Assembly: GCA_044345055.1 (NCBI GenBank)
Contig: JBIJBT010000061.1
Coordinates: 1-17,442 of the forward strand
Direction: 5' to 3'
Origin: Bdellovibrionota bacterium
GTDB taxonomy: Bacteria; Bdellovibrionota_C; UBA2361; OMIW01
DNA: 17,442 nt
Shown: piece by piece, positions 6,769 to 15,606 of the stretch
Position numbering within the stretch: the first letter of the stretch is position 1
How the letters are laid out: every line of letters starts with the position of its first letter
Position numbers and translations under genes: made by a program
The notes under the pieces: generated by a model
Databases searched by the model: none
Seen by the model: only the letters and a program-made list of their open reading frames with translations
Told to the model about the DNA's origin: nothing

Positions 6769-7392
6769 ATGCGCATATTAATATCAGGAATAGGCACAGA
6801 TGTCGGAAAAACGGTGGCTTCAGCGGTAATTGCCGTTGCTTGGGGAGCAGATTATTGGAAGCCGGTTCAAACGGGCGCTGGCATCGATAGTGATCGATTG
6901 ACGATAGAGCGACTTACGGAGGGGCGGGTTCGATGCTATCCGGAGGTGTTTGCGCTTCCGAGGCCGGTATCGCCCGATGCAGCAGCATCATCAGAGGGTG
7001 TGCGCATCTCGATAGAAGCGATAGTCGCCGCGCAACCGCACCATACCAATCCCCTTATCATTGAGGGTGCAGGAGGGCTTATGGTTCCTCTAAATGAGCA
7101 GGAGCTGATAGCTGATCTTGCACCAGCGCTCAATGCCTCAGTAATAATAGTATCGAGACACTATCTGGGAAGTATCAACCACACTCTTCTGAGCGCTGCT
7201 TATCTTCGTTCGCGAGGAGTGCCTATTGAAGGAATTCTTTTTGTTGGGGATGAGCATCCCGAAACAGAGCGTTCGATTCGAACGTTTGCTGATCTGCCGA
7301 TTATTGGGCGTATTCCGTGGTTTAATTCACCTACTCCCAAAACAATCGATGAAGCGGCGCGCACACTCGTTTTGCCCGGACGTACTCGATGA
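6769..7392 (+). CDS. bioD: Dethiobiotin synthase
   Basis: MRILISGIGTDVGKT (P-loop), YWKPVQTG, SPDAAA, IEGAGGLMVPL and LGSINHTLL. ATG at 6769 is preferred over GTG at 6757. Confidence 0.95.
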   Translation: MRILISGIGTDVGKTVASAVIAVAWGADYWKPVQTGAGIDSDRLTIERLTEGRVRCYPEVFALPRPVSPDAAASSEGVRISIEAIVAAQPHHTNPLIIEGAGGLMVPLNEQELIADLAPALNASVIIVSRHYLGSINHTLLSAAYLRSRGVPIEGILFVGDEHPETERSIRTFADLPIIGRIPWFNSPTPKTIDEAARTLVLPGRTR

Positions 7393-8630
7393 CCGGATCG
7401 GTAATTATAGCAGGATTTGGCTCGCTTTCGTCTCTCGGCGGATCGCGTAGCGAAGTGAACAGAAGCTACGCTGCTGGCGATTCTGCATCTCGTACTATCG
7501 CCTACGCAACGAGTGGTGGCTCTATTCCGGTCTTTCCCATTTCTAGCTCAGCAGAGCGGTTGCTCGTTGAGCGTTGCCGAGCAAATCCATTTCTTAAAGA
7601 GCGTGATCGGGTTGTTCAGCTTGCTGCATACGCTGCGTTTGATGCAATCGCAGCAGCGCGCGATAACGGAATAACCGTTGAAGGGCTGCGTGTTGGGGTT
7701 GTGTGTGGAAGTGCGCGGGGTGCTACGGCCTCATTAGAGCATGAGATGTCTCGTTCATGTGCAGGAGAGGGGGTTGCCGTATCCGCCTCGCCGAGCACGA
7801 CAGCGGGAGTTATAGCATCCTCAGTGGCTCAGGCGTGTTCTCTCGATGGCATCACGGTTGATACATCGATGACCTGCACATCTGGTCTCCACGCACTCCT
7901 AGTTGCACGCGCTCTTATTGTTGCTGATGAAATCGATCTTGCTATCGTTGTAGGGTGTGAAGCAGCCCTTACCCCGTTCACTGTTGATCAGGTAAAAGCA
8001 CTTCGCATCTCGCCGCGCTACGATCATACCGATCCCTATCCTTGTCGCCCATTCTCGAACGAAGAACCGTCTCGCTCTCGAATGGTGCTCGGGGAGGGAG
8101 CTGCTGCTCTCGTAATTTTGGGAGAACGCTCGGTTAATCTTGCCAAAAAGTCTTGTTACCATCGAGTTGATGGAATCGGATTTGCTGCCGAGTCGCCCCC
8201 ATCACTCACCGGAATCGGAAGTGAAGGAACACATTTTCAGGAAGCAATGGCCCGCGCGATCTCTAATGCGAGTCTCTCCATAAACGATATCAGCGCGGTG
8301 ATCTGTCATGCGCCCGGAACCCCAAAGGGTGACCGAGCTGAGCTGCACGCACTACAAGCAGTGTTTGGTGAAACGATTCCGCCACTTTATTCAACCAAAT
8401 GGCTCACCGGGCACACGTATGGCGCCTCTGGTCTGCTGAGTATCGAGTTAGCGTGCCTAATTGGAGAGGGCCTTAATCCCGCTTCTCCTTCATTTCCAAG
8501 TTACGCTCCGCAGCTTGTTGGTTCGAGGAAGGAGAGAGGTTCGGAAGATGGGAGAGGAGATCGTTTTTTGATAAACGCCGCGGGGTTTGGGGGGAACGCT
8601 ATATCAGTTGTAGTAAGCTATCGATCATAG
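7389..8630 (+). CDS. Beta-ketoacyl synthase, FabF/FabB-like, bio-operon associated
   Basis: 413 aa. Catalytic Cys in SMTCTSG, His in CHAPGT and His in KWLTGHTYGASG; also LGEGAA and NAAGFGGNA. The start overlaps the bioD stop (ATGA). Confidence 0.88.
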   Translation: MTGSVIIAGFGSLSSLGGSRSEVNRSYAAGDSASRTIAYATSGGSIPVFPISSSAERLLVERCRANPFLKERDRVVQLAAYAAFDAIAAARDNGITVEGLRVGVVCGSARGATASLEHEMSRSCAGEGVAVSASPSTTAGVIASSVAQACSLDGITVDTSMTCTSGLHALLVARALIVADEIDLAIVVGCEAALTPFTVDQVKALRISPRYDHTDPYPCRPFSNEEPSRSRMVLGEGAAALVILGERSVNLAKKSCYHRVDGIGFAAESPPSLTGIGSEGTHFQEAMARAISNASLSINDISAVICHAPGTPKGDRAELHALQAVFGETIPPLYSTKWLTGHTYGASGLLSIELACLIGEGLNPASPSFPSYAPQLVGSRKERGSEDGRGDRFLINAAGFGGNAISVVVSYRS

Positions 8631-8764
8631 CGCGTAAAATACATCGAAGTAGTTTATAGCGCAGAAGTTTGGAGCGAGTGCCTGTTAAGGGAGCGCACCT
8701 GTGCCGCCCCCAAAAATGTTATCCACTAATCGGAGATCGACCGATTCCGATATCTTCCGAGAAA

Positions 8765-11026
8765 TTAGCTGCACGGATCGTATACACTACGTCCCGAGGC
8801 GCTTCGTTGAGCCAGCCCTTTCGTAGGCTTGAAGAGAGGACCAAAGGCGCGCTCTGCGTTGTGGAGATGATGCAGAATCGTTTTAGGACCAACTCGATCA
8901 GCGTAGTGGAGAATCCCGCCAAGGAATGGAGGAAAGCCACACCCAAATACCGATGCCAAATCAATCTGGAATCCCGCTTCAATTCCGGGCGTTCCTGCAA
9001 CACCTTCATCGAGGCACCGAATTGCCTCATTCACCATCGGATAGATGAGAAGTGGCAATAATGCGGTAGCGGAGAGCTGTTCAGTGGTTTGTTGAAGACG
9101 AAGAATATCGCGAACCGCTGAACATGCAACGCGACCTGTCGCGCTGTGTTCGTAAAAAGCTCCAACAAAAAATGAACCCTGCCGCGGTGCTGTTGGACGG
9201 CCACCATCACGAAGCGCTTTTAGGATATCCACACCAGCCATTCGTTCACCATACGCAGCCTCAAGCTTAGTAAGAAGTGCGATAACCGAGCCGAGTCCTT
9301 GATTGTCAATATATTGGAACGGCCCAACGGGAAGACCAAAATTTACGGCAGCAGCATCAATGCTTTCTATCGGATGACCCTCACGCAAGAGACGGAGTGC
9401 TGCAAGTATAAATGGAGCGAGTATCCTTTGAACGATCGCACCCGGCGTATCATCGACGATTACGGGATATCTTCCCATAGCGGTCGTGAGCGCCGCAGCA
9501 AGAGCGAGCGATTTATAATTAGTTTGGGGAGATCTGACAATTTCGATAAGCTGAGAGCCGTTCATCCTTGGATAAAGGTTCATTCCTAAACATCGCTCTG
9601 GATGAGATAATCCCGCCGACTTTTGAGCAACCGAACTTGCGACAGCTGTCATCACAATCAATGCAGTGGGTTGTACCGTGTCTGCTATCTGAGCGAGGCT
9701 CCACTCGCCAGCAGGCTGTTGTGTGACCGAATCGCTTCGATTTTCAATCTCGGGCGTCGTATCAATAACAACTTGAGCACCTGCGATCGCTGCTGGATTT
9801 CCATTTGTTGGATTGATACGGTTTATAATAAAGCTCCGATCAGCAGCTGAAACCCTCTTCAACCCTGAAACTGTTTGACGAATTTCCCCCATCACCTGGG
9901 TAAGAACCTCTGGTGATCGATCCCGAAGAATCACCGGAAACTCGCGACGTGCCAGATCCACGGCGAGCTCCGATCCAACTCCCTGAGCCCCGAGAACGAC
10001 TGCATGCAGCCCTTCAAGGCTGCGCCGAGCGCTTTTTCCGATATTTTTAGACGATTCGGTGAGGAAAAAAAGCTTAACTAGAGATTTGCACTCGGGAGTT
10101 ACAACTAACTCACCAATGCTGCGAGCCTCCGCGCGGAGCCCCTCTTCAACTCCCCGCTCAAGTCCGACCATCAACGCTGAGAGCGCCTTCAAGGGAGCAG
10201 GATAAAACCGCTCCATTCCACCTAACTCCTCTTCGCTGCGGCGACGAACAAAATTTCGACCAATTGAGGTAAAGGTTATTATCCTATCCAGAAGCGATAT
10301 TCGGCTCCGTCGCGCAACCCCCTCGAGAATCAACGCCTCCGCAGTACGAATTAACGCTGTAGGAGGAACGATCTGTTTTAATATTCCGAGGCGGAGCGCC
10401 TCATTCGGAGTTATAATACTTCCCGACAAGATCATTTTTATTGCACGCGGAAGCCCAATCAGTCTGGGCAGTCTTTGCGTTCCACCGAATCCCGGAATAA
10501 TGCCCAACTTAACCTCTGGTAATCCGATCTTTGTCGATGGGCGATCAGTTGCAATTCGAGCAGAACAGGCAAGAGCAAGCTCCAGACCCCCACCCAGGCA
10601 AGGCCCCGAGATCGCTGCGACAACCGGAACAGGACATCGTTCAATTTGATCAAAGATCGCCTGACCGAGCGAGGATAGCTCCTGCCCCTCTTGCTGTCGT
10701 TGAATACGCTCTATCGCGCCTACATCAGCACCCGCAGCGAACATATCATCACTCGGGCCACTGATAATTATTCCCTTTGCCTTTAAATTAAGGGCGCGCT
10801 GCAGCAATTGACTTAAATTTTCAAGCCGCTCCTCAGTTAGGAGAACTGTGCGATCTCCAACCGACCCCAACCGAATGTGAGCAATCGAGCTCTCGAGAAA
10901 GGTTATCTGATTGAGCGACCCAAACTGCGCAGAACTCTCCTCTTCGCGTTGACGAAGAGCTGGTTCACCATCGACAATCGACGAGTCAAATTTATCTCGC
11001 ATCGTATCGTATGCTCCGTTGTTCAT
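8765..11026 (-). CDS. fadJ: Fatty acid oxidation complex alpha subunit-like protein (enoyl-CoA hydratase plus degenerate 3-hydroxyacyl-CoA dehydrogenase domain)
   Basis: 753 aa. Crotonase motifs FAAGADV, CLGGGLELALAC and GLPEVKLGIIPGFGGTQRLPRLIG. C-terminal 3HCDH-like region (HPERCLGM, VNEAIRCLDEGV, IDLASVFGCGFPPFLGG). GAGGA RBS upstream. Confidence 0.82.
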   Translation of the reverse strand: MNNGAYDTMRDKFDSSIVDGEPALRQREEESSAQFGSLNQITFLESSIAHIRLGSVGDRTVLLTEERLENLSQLLQRALNLKAKGIIISGPSDDMFAAGADVGAIERIQRQQEGQELSSLGQAIFDQIERCPVPVVAAISGPCLGGGLELALACSARIATDRPSTKIGLPEVKLGIIPGFGGTQRLPRLIGLPRAIKMILSGSIITPNEALRLGILKQIVPPTALIRTAEALILEGVARRSRISLLDRIITFTSIGRNFVRRRSEEELGGMERFYPAPLKALSALMVGLERGVEEGLRAEARSIGELVVTPECKSLVKLFFLTESSKNIGKSARRSLEGLHAVVLGAQGVGSELAVDLARREFPVILRDRSPEVLTQVMGEIRQTVSGLKRVSAADRSFIINRINPTNGNPAAIAGAQVVIDTTPEIENRSDSVTQQPAGEWSLAQIADTVQPTALIVMTAVASSVAQKSAGLSHPERCLGMNLYPRMNGSQLIEIVRSPQTNYKSLALAAALTTAMGRYPVIVDDTPGAIVQRILAPFILAALRLLREGHPIESIDAAAVNFGLPVGPFQYIDNQGLGSVIALLTKLEAAYGERMAGVDILKALRDGGRPTAPRQGSFFVGAFYEHSATGRVACSAVRDILRLQQTTEQLSATALLPLLIYPMVNEAIRCLDEGVAGTPGIEAGFQIDLASVFGCGFPPFLGGILHYADRVGPKTILHHLHNAERAFGPLFKPTKGLAQRSASGRSVYDPCS

Positions 11027-11345
11027 AAAAATCCTCGTCGCAGTGGTGATGAACGGTATGGTAGAACCGCTGATCGGTGTAACAGTGATACCGATCTCTC
11101 TAAAAAGTGACTACAACGCAATAGCTCAGCGGAAATCCTATGCGCAAAGTCTTGGTACACTTTTTAATGTATCTCGCCTCTGACAGCAATTCCCAAACTG
11201 TAATTTATTTAAAATTACTTAAAGTAACGCTTGATTCAGACGAGAGAGCAAGAGGCATCGTTTGAATCGGCGAGCTTTTGTGATGATCGATCAAGATATC
11301 GACCTGCTATCTATTGTGGTGGTCGGCGAGCATAGTACATGAAGT

Positions 11346-12188
11346 CTACTCAACCGTTCGAGTAACTTCTAAAAGCTGCTTCCAGAGCTGTTGCGATGGC
11401 GCGGCAATTACCTGAGAAGTTTTTTCTGTTACCGGTGAGCCCTGCCAGTCGGTGATAACTCCACCTGCCTCCTCAATAATCGGCACAAGAGCGCAGATGT
11501 CGTAATAGTTAAGACCAGCCTCGACGATAACGAGCGGGATAGTAGTGCCGCCTCCTATCATTAGCCCGTAGTTAAACCAATCGCCTCCCCACGCAGTGCG
11601 CCGACAGGTTGCTATCGCAGCATCAAGCACCCGCTGCTCATGAGCGGTTGAAAACATCAGAGGTGTTGTCGCGCAGAGACACGCTTCGCTAAGAAGAGCG
11701 TTTTTATCTTCGCGATACCGGTTGACTACAGCCGTTCCATTCCATATTGGTGAGGCGCCACGTATTGCCACGATTTGATCGCCGAGAATCGGTTGATCTG
11801 CTCCACCAAACAAAATAGTACCCGAACTGCGCTCAACACATCCGATGAGAGTACCAAAGAGCGGCAATCCTCGGACAAATGAAGAGGTTCCATCAATCGG
11901 ATCGATGATCCACTGATATGGTGAGTTGCCTTCAACCAAACCATCCTCTTCCCCCCAGATTGCATCATCAGGAAACGCGCGACGAATTAGATTAGTAAGA
12001 GCCTCTTCAACGGCGCGATCCACCGCTGTTACCATCGGTGATAGCGCCTCCTTTGTCTCCGTTTTGATGCTTCCTGAGCGGTATGCTGCTCGAAGGATAG
12101 CGCCAGATTCAGCAAAAAGTTGGCGCAAAAAATCAAAACGGCTCTGTACTGGCAGGCTCTGTATCGAATGGGTGATAGGGTTAGTCAT
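11346..12188 (-). CDS. hisN: Histidinol-phosphate phosphatase, inositol monophosphatase family
   Basis: 280 aa. SPMVTAVD, FPDDAIWGEE, WIIDPIDGTSSF, GGD and YDICALVPIIEEAGGVITDWQG. Lies 13 nt downstream of hisC. Confidence 0.82.
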   Translation of the reverse strand: MTNPITHSIQSLPVQSRFDFLRQLFAESGAILRAAYRSGSIKTETKEALSPMVTAVDRAVEEALTNLIRRAFPDDAIWGEEDGLVEGNSPYQWIIDPIDGTSSFVRGLPLFGTLIGCVERSSGTILFGGADQPILGDQIVAIRGASPIWNGTAVVNRYREDKNALLSEACLCATTPLMFSTAHEQRVLDAAIATCRRTAWGGDWFNYGLMIGGGTTIPLVIVEAGLNYYDICALVPIIEEAGGVITDWQGSPVTEKTSQVIAAPSQQLWKQLLEVTRTVE

Positions 12189-12201
12189 GGGGCTGCTTCA
12201 T

Positions 12202-13266
12202 TTATATTTGATTGAGATATTTTTTAAACACCTCAATCAATTTCTCAGTTTCCTCCCGAGTGCCGATGGTGATGCGCACCGTACCCTCGATTGCAGGGCC
12301 CGAACGGGGGCGAATGCGAATACCAGCGGCAGAAAAAAAAGGTTCACAACGCTCGGGGTGCGGAGGTTGAAGAAGGATGAAATTTGCACCCGATTCCCAA
12401 AATGGAATCCCATGTTTATCTAAAAAATCGGTAAAAAGTGGCCGAGAAATCGTCGAGACCTCCTTTGCATACTGATGCATCGGTTCCGAAAAGGAGAGGG
12501 CCGCGCACGCCCCAATTGCCGCAAGCGCATTCACATCGTAAGGCCCCCGAACTTTACTAAGCTCAGTAATAATTTGTTTCGGCGCGAGTATGTAGCCTAT
12601 CCGCAAACCAGCAAGTGACCACGTCTTAGAGAGAGTTCGAGTAACTACTATATTTGGATATTCGCAAAGTAATGGCGCAACAGTTATACCAGAGAATTCA
12701 ACGTAACATTCATCAATAAGTATAATTGCATCGGGTGCAGCTGTAGCAATTTTTTTAATTGCATCGATCTCAACAACGGTGCCGGTTGGATTATTTGGAT
12801 TACAGATAACGATTATTCGGGTTCGCTCATTTATCGCAGCTAATACTTCATCGATCGGAAAACCTTCTTGCCGCGAATAAAGTGGACTTCGGATTGTGCA
12901 ACCCTGAAGACAAGCTGCCTGAAAAAAGGTCGCAAACGAGGGAGCAGGGATTATTACTTCATCATCGCGGTCCGCGTAACACCGCATAATGATATCGATC
13001 GCCTGGTCTGACCCATTTGTTGGGAGAACACACTTAGCAGAAAGCCCGGCATATTGAGCCAAAAGCTCCGAAAGCTGACCATATTCCGGATAACAACGGA
13101 TCGTGCGCGGATTTTTGAGAGCTTCTTGAAGAGCAGAAAGCACAACCTCCGATGGCCCCTGCGTACATTCATTGGCATCAAGAAGCATATCCGAAGTAGT
13201 AATCCGCCCTCCGGCTGGACCACTATATGGAGTGAGTGGAACGATGGCTGATCGAGGAGTTGGCAT
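12202..13266 (-). CDS. hisC: Histidinol-phosphate aminotransferase
   Basis: 354 aa. LDANE, YP, NGSDQAI, CNPNNPTG, IDECY, RTLSKTWSLAGLRIGY and RITIGT. Confidence 0.92.
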   Translation of the reverse strand: MPTPRSAIVPLTPYSGPAGGRITTSDMLLDANECTQGPSEVVLSALQEALKNPRTIRCYPEYGQLSELLAQYAGLSAKCVLPTNGSDQAIDIIMRCYADRDDEVIIPAPSFATFFQAACLQGCTIRSPLYSRQEGFPIDEVLAAINERTRIIVICNPNNPTGTVVEIDAIKKIATAAPDAIILIDECYVEFSGITVAPLLCEYPNIVVTRTLSKTWSLAGLRIGYILAPKQIITELSKVRGPYDVNALAAIGACAALSFSEPMHQYAKEVSTISRPLFTDFLDKHGIPFWESGANFILLQPPHPERCEPFFSAAGIRIRPRSGPAIEGTVRITIGTREETEKLIEVFKKYLNQI

Positions 13267-13505
13267 TTGGTGATGATAGGAAAAAGGTTAGGGGTGAATT
13301 ATTTAGAGGTACCACCGAACAAGATAAACTCGACTCAAATAAAAAGCCATTAAAGAGTCGGTGTTTTGAGAACCTGAAAAGGTCGTCGCCTGATCGAACT
13401 GGTCATGAAAAAGGGCCATGACATGGTGGGGATTAATTATGAGCGGATATGGAAGTGGTATGGAGCGAAGGTAGCACAATAGTTTAAGGAAGGAGAGGGG
13501 AGTGG

Positions 13506-13540
13506 TTCCCCAATCTCCATTTCTCAGACTTATAGAGGTT
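13506..13540 (+). repeat. 35-nt direct repeat, copy 1 (ATAGAGGT family)
   Basis: TTCCCCAATCTCCATTTCTCAGACTTATAGAGGTT is 32/35 identical to 14053-14087. An extra ATAGAGGT follows at 13547-13554. Confidence 0.9.
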
Positions 13541-13587
13541 GCACGGATAGAGGTCTTAGGCCGTTTCCGAACAACTAAATATCTCCG

Positions 13588-14070
13588 TTATTTAATCACA
13601 TGTCTTATTCGACGAAGCGTATCTTTTAAATAGGGAAGGCGAACATGATCAGAATCGTCGGCACTCTTGGTAATCCATCCGATGTTAAGGATGAGACGAC
13701 GACTATCCGGTTCTGCCTTTGCTAATAAATAAGGATCTCTCGACCATGCGATAGACCAACCGGTGCTTTCCTTAAACTCTTTGACCAACTTAAGTAATTT
13801 TAAATCCCACTGATTACCAATGGAGCCGGCATTAAAGCGATGAGCATTTCTGACTACACTAGCTCCGTAACGCGCCTCGCGAATGTGCGGCACTGCCCAG
13901 TTTGTACCGAACAAACCACCAAAGATGAACGCGCCTATCGTCGCTGTTACGGGCGTGGAACCACTCATTGCTCCAACCCCCACCCACCCGACATACGAAA
14001 GGACTGCAAGAGCCTGATGATCGGTAGAAATAAGGGGTGCCTTCAGAGCATTTTCCCCGATCTCTTTTTC
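13588..14070 (-). pseudogene. Hypothetical membrane-associated protein, probably a 5'-truncated fragment (track ORF 13588..13983, GTG start)
   Basis: The frame stays open upstream of the GTG to 14070 (EKEIGENALKAPLISTDHQALAVLSYVGW...) with no ATG in that extension. It is bounded by the TGA inside the repeat. It has Gly-rich hydrophobic segments and no recognised family. Confidence 0.5.
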
Positions 14071-14087
14071 TCAGACTTATAGAGGTT
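14053..14087 (+). repeat. 35-nt direct repeat, copy 2 (ATAGAGGT family)
   Basis: TTCCCCGATCTCTTTTTCTCAGACTTATAGAGGTT, followed by a CCCCC...GGGGG hairpin at 14088-14114. Confidence 0.9.
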
Positions 14088-14175
14088 CCCCCAAACAAGC
14101 ACAGCTGCTGGGGGTGGGTTTCTGCGAGTTTTTAGTTGAAAATGGTTAGGGATCGGGGTGGAAGACGGCGCGTTC

Positions 14176-14199
14176 TCGGTGTAGAAACACCGATTTTTT
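14176..14199 (+). terminator. Candidate intrinsic terminator, antisense to the transposase
   Basis: TCGGTGT-AGAA-ACACCGA followed by TTTTTT. Confidence 0.5.
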
Positions 14200-14309
14200 G
14201 GCCGTTTTTGTCTCGAAAATTGCTTTTTAGTCGTAGCTCTGCGAATGCGGCTGAAAGTCGCGGGTTGAGGATGGGATTTGATGGGGGTGATTACTGAAAA
14301 GGGGGCGCC

Positions 14310-15236
14310 TCAGGACACCAGTCCGACGTAAGGACGATAAGTGCCCTCGGGGAACTCGACAGAGAGGTTGCCACTTCGATATTCCTCAGAGGCGACTTTG
14401 AAGCGGAAGTAGATATCGTAATACCAATCATTCATTTCAGCGCGGCGAGCGTCGCACTTCGATAGGACGCGGGGACGATGGGAGGTTAGGTTTGAGGTTT
14501 TTGTGGATTTTGGGAGCGAGCCCGGCTCAACTCGTTTTAGGGCGGCTGGGCCGAGGAATTTCTTTCCTTCAGCGTCTCGGGCTTTGAGAATCTCTTGACG
14601 ACGCTCTTCTAGGCGACGGGTCATCAATAGTGCGTACTCTCTCTGGGAGAGATGTTCGTAGCCGGGTAGTCTTGCGTATTCGAGGGTGAACTCCTCTAGG
14701 AAGTCTTTCTTGTTTACCTTTTGACCCCACCGAGTGGCTTTGTAGTAGGCGGTCCAGTTCATTACCTTGAATTTTCGCTTTATTCCCCACACCGCATCGT
14801 GGAAGCAGTTGTAGCCCGGATAATCAGAGATTTTTTCAACAAGACCATCTTTTACTGGCTGGAGGACGGTGTAAAAGAAGTAGTTTTCGATATCGGAGTG
14901 ATCACCGAGAAACTCGTTTGAGTATCTCCTTCCCCAGACTCCACCACCCGAATATGAGGGTGTGTGTCGCGGAACGGCTCGGGCTATTGTTGATTTAAGA
15001 TCTCGCAAAAAGTGAGCGCGATTTTTTTTGTTGTTGTGCGCAACGATGTGTAGGTGGTTTCCTTCGATAGCAAAGCCGTAGAGGGTGATTGTGCGACGAG
15101 TGGCGTATTTGGCGGTTAGTCCGAGGATACGATGCTCGAGCGATTCGTTGTTGACGAACCAGAGGCGCGAATCTCTTGTTCGACTGGTGATAAAGTCTGA
15201 GTGTTCGTTTGTTTCTATGCGCGGGTGGCAGCCCAT
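14310..15236 (-). CDS. Y1 HUH transposase (IS200-like / REP-associated tyrosine transposase type) with long C-terminal extension
   Basis: 308 aa. FITSRT, HUH motif GNHLH, FLRDLKS, VWGRRY, catalytic-Tyr helix YTVLQPVKDGLV (canonical YIxxNPVxAGLV), DYP and C-terminal FPEGTY. GGAGGA RBS 8 nt upstream. Confidence 0.88.
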   Translation of the reverse strand: MGCHPRIETNEHSDFITSRTRDSRLWFVNNESLEHRILGLTAKYATRRTITLYGFAIEGNHLHIVAHNNKKNRAHFLRDLKSTIARAVPRHTPSYSGGGVWGRRYSNEFLGDHSDIENYFFYTVLQPVKDGLVEKISDYPGYNCFHDAVWGIKRKFKVMNWTAYYKATRWGQKVNKKDFLEEFTLEYARLPGYEHLSQREYALLMTRRLEERRQEILKARDAEGKKFLGPAALKRVEPGSLPKSTKTSNLTSHRPRVLSKCDARRAEMNDWYYDIYFRFKVASEEYRSGNLSVEFPEGTYRPYVGLVS

Positions 15237-15448
15237 TTGTGTCGTCCTCCAAAAAAGATCTCTCTGTGTTCGACAGAAAGGGGGGGAGAGTTGTCAAAGA
15301 TTGGCTGTTTTTTTGATGATTATGCAAATTAATGTTAGATCCCCACGGCATATCCATGGAACCGTGGCCTCGGGCCGATATGCAGTTAAGAAATACCTGA
15401 GCCGATACTCATTAGATCAGCACTTTTCCGCACAGATTAATCCGTGCA

Positions 15449-15487
15449 CTCTATCCCAAACCTCCTTATCTCAGAGGGATAGAGGTC
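15449..15487 (+). repeat. Repeat copy 3 (diverged), upstream of the transposase; forms a hairpin
   Basis: 15455-15486 matches 13508-13539 at 25/32 (TCTCAGA-N3-ATAGAGGT core). CTCTATCCC (15449-15457) is the inverse complement of GGGATAGAG (15476-15484). Confidence 0.75.
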
Positions 15488-15606
15488 CAGGACATTTATC
15501 TTGACGTTGATCGCTGTCACCGTCTGCAAAAAAACAGAGGAGACCTACCTCATTGTTTGTCGTATAATCAAGCCTTAAAACCCTCTTTTTTTCTCCGTGA
15601 ATTCCT

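Noticed and set aside
11200..11227. Overlapping AT-rich dyads upstream of fadJ as an operator
   Set aside because: Short palindromes in very AT-rich DNA arise easily by chance, and they match no regulator consensus I can name.
220..13421. Remaining short ORFs in the track that overlap the called genes
   Set aside because: They are alternate-frame or antisense shadows of well-supported genes, with no recognisable motifs.
13588..14309. tnpB/iscB or omega-RNA downstream of the Y1 transposase
   Set aside because: The downstream ORF has no RuvC or Zn-finger motifs and is too short.
14995..15504. Overlapping ORFs 14995..15357(-) and 15085..15504(+) as extra transposon genes or a frameshift partner
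   Set aside because: These are shadow frames with no motifs. The transposase has its own RBS and a complete N-terminus.
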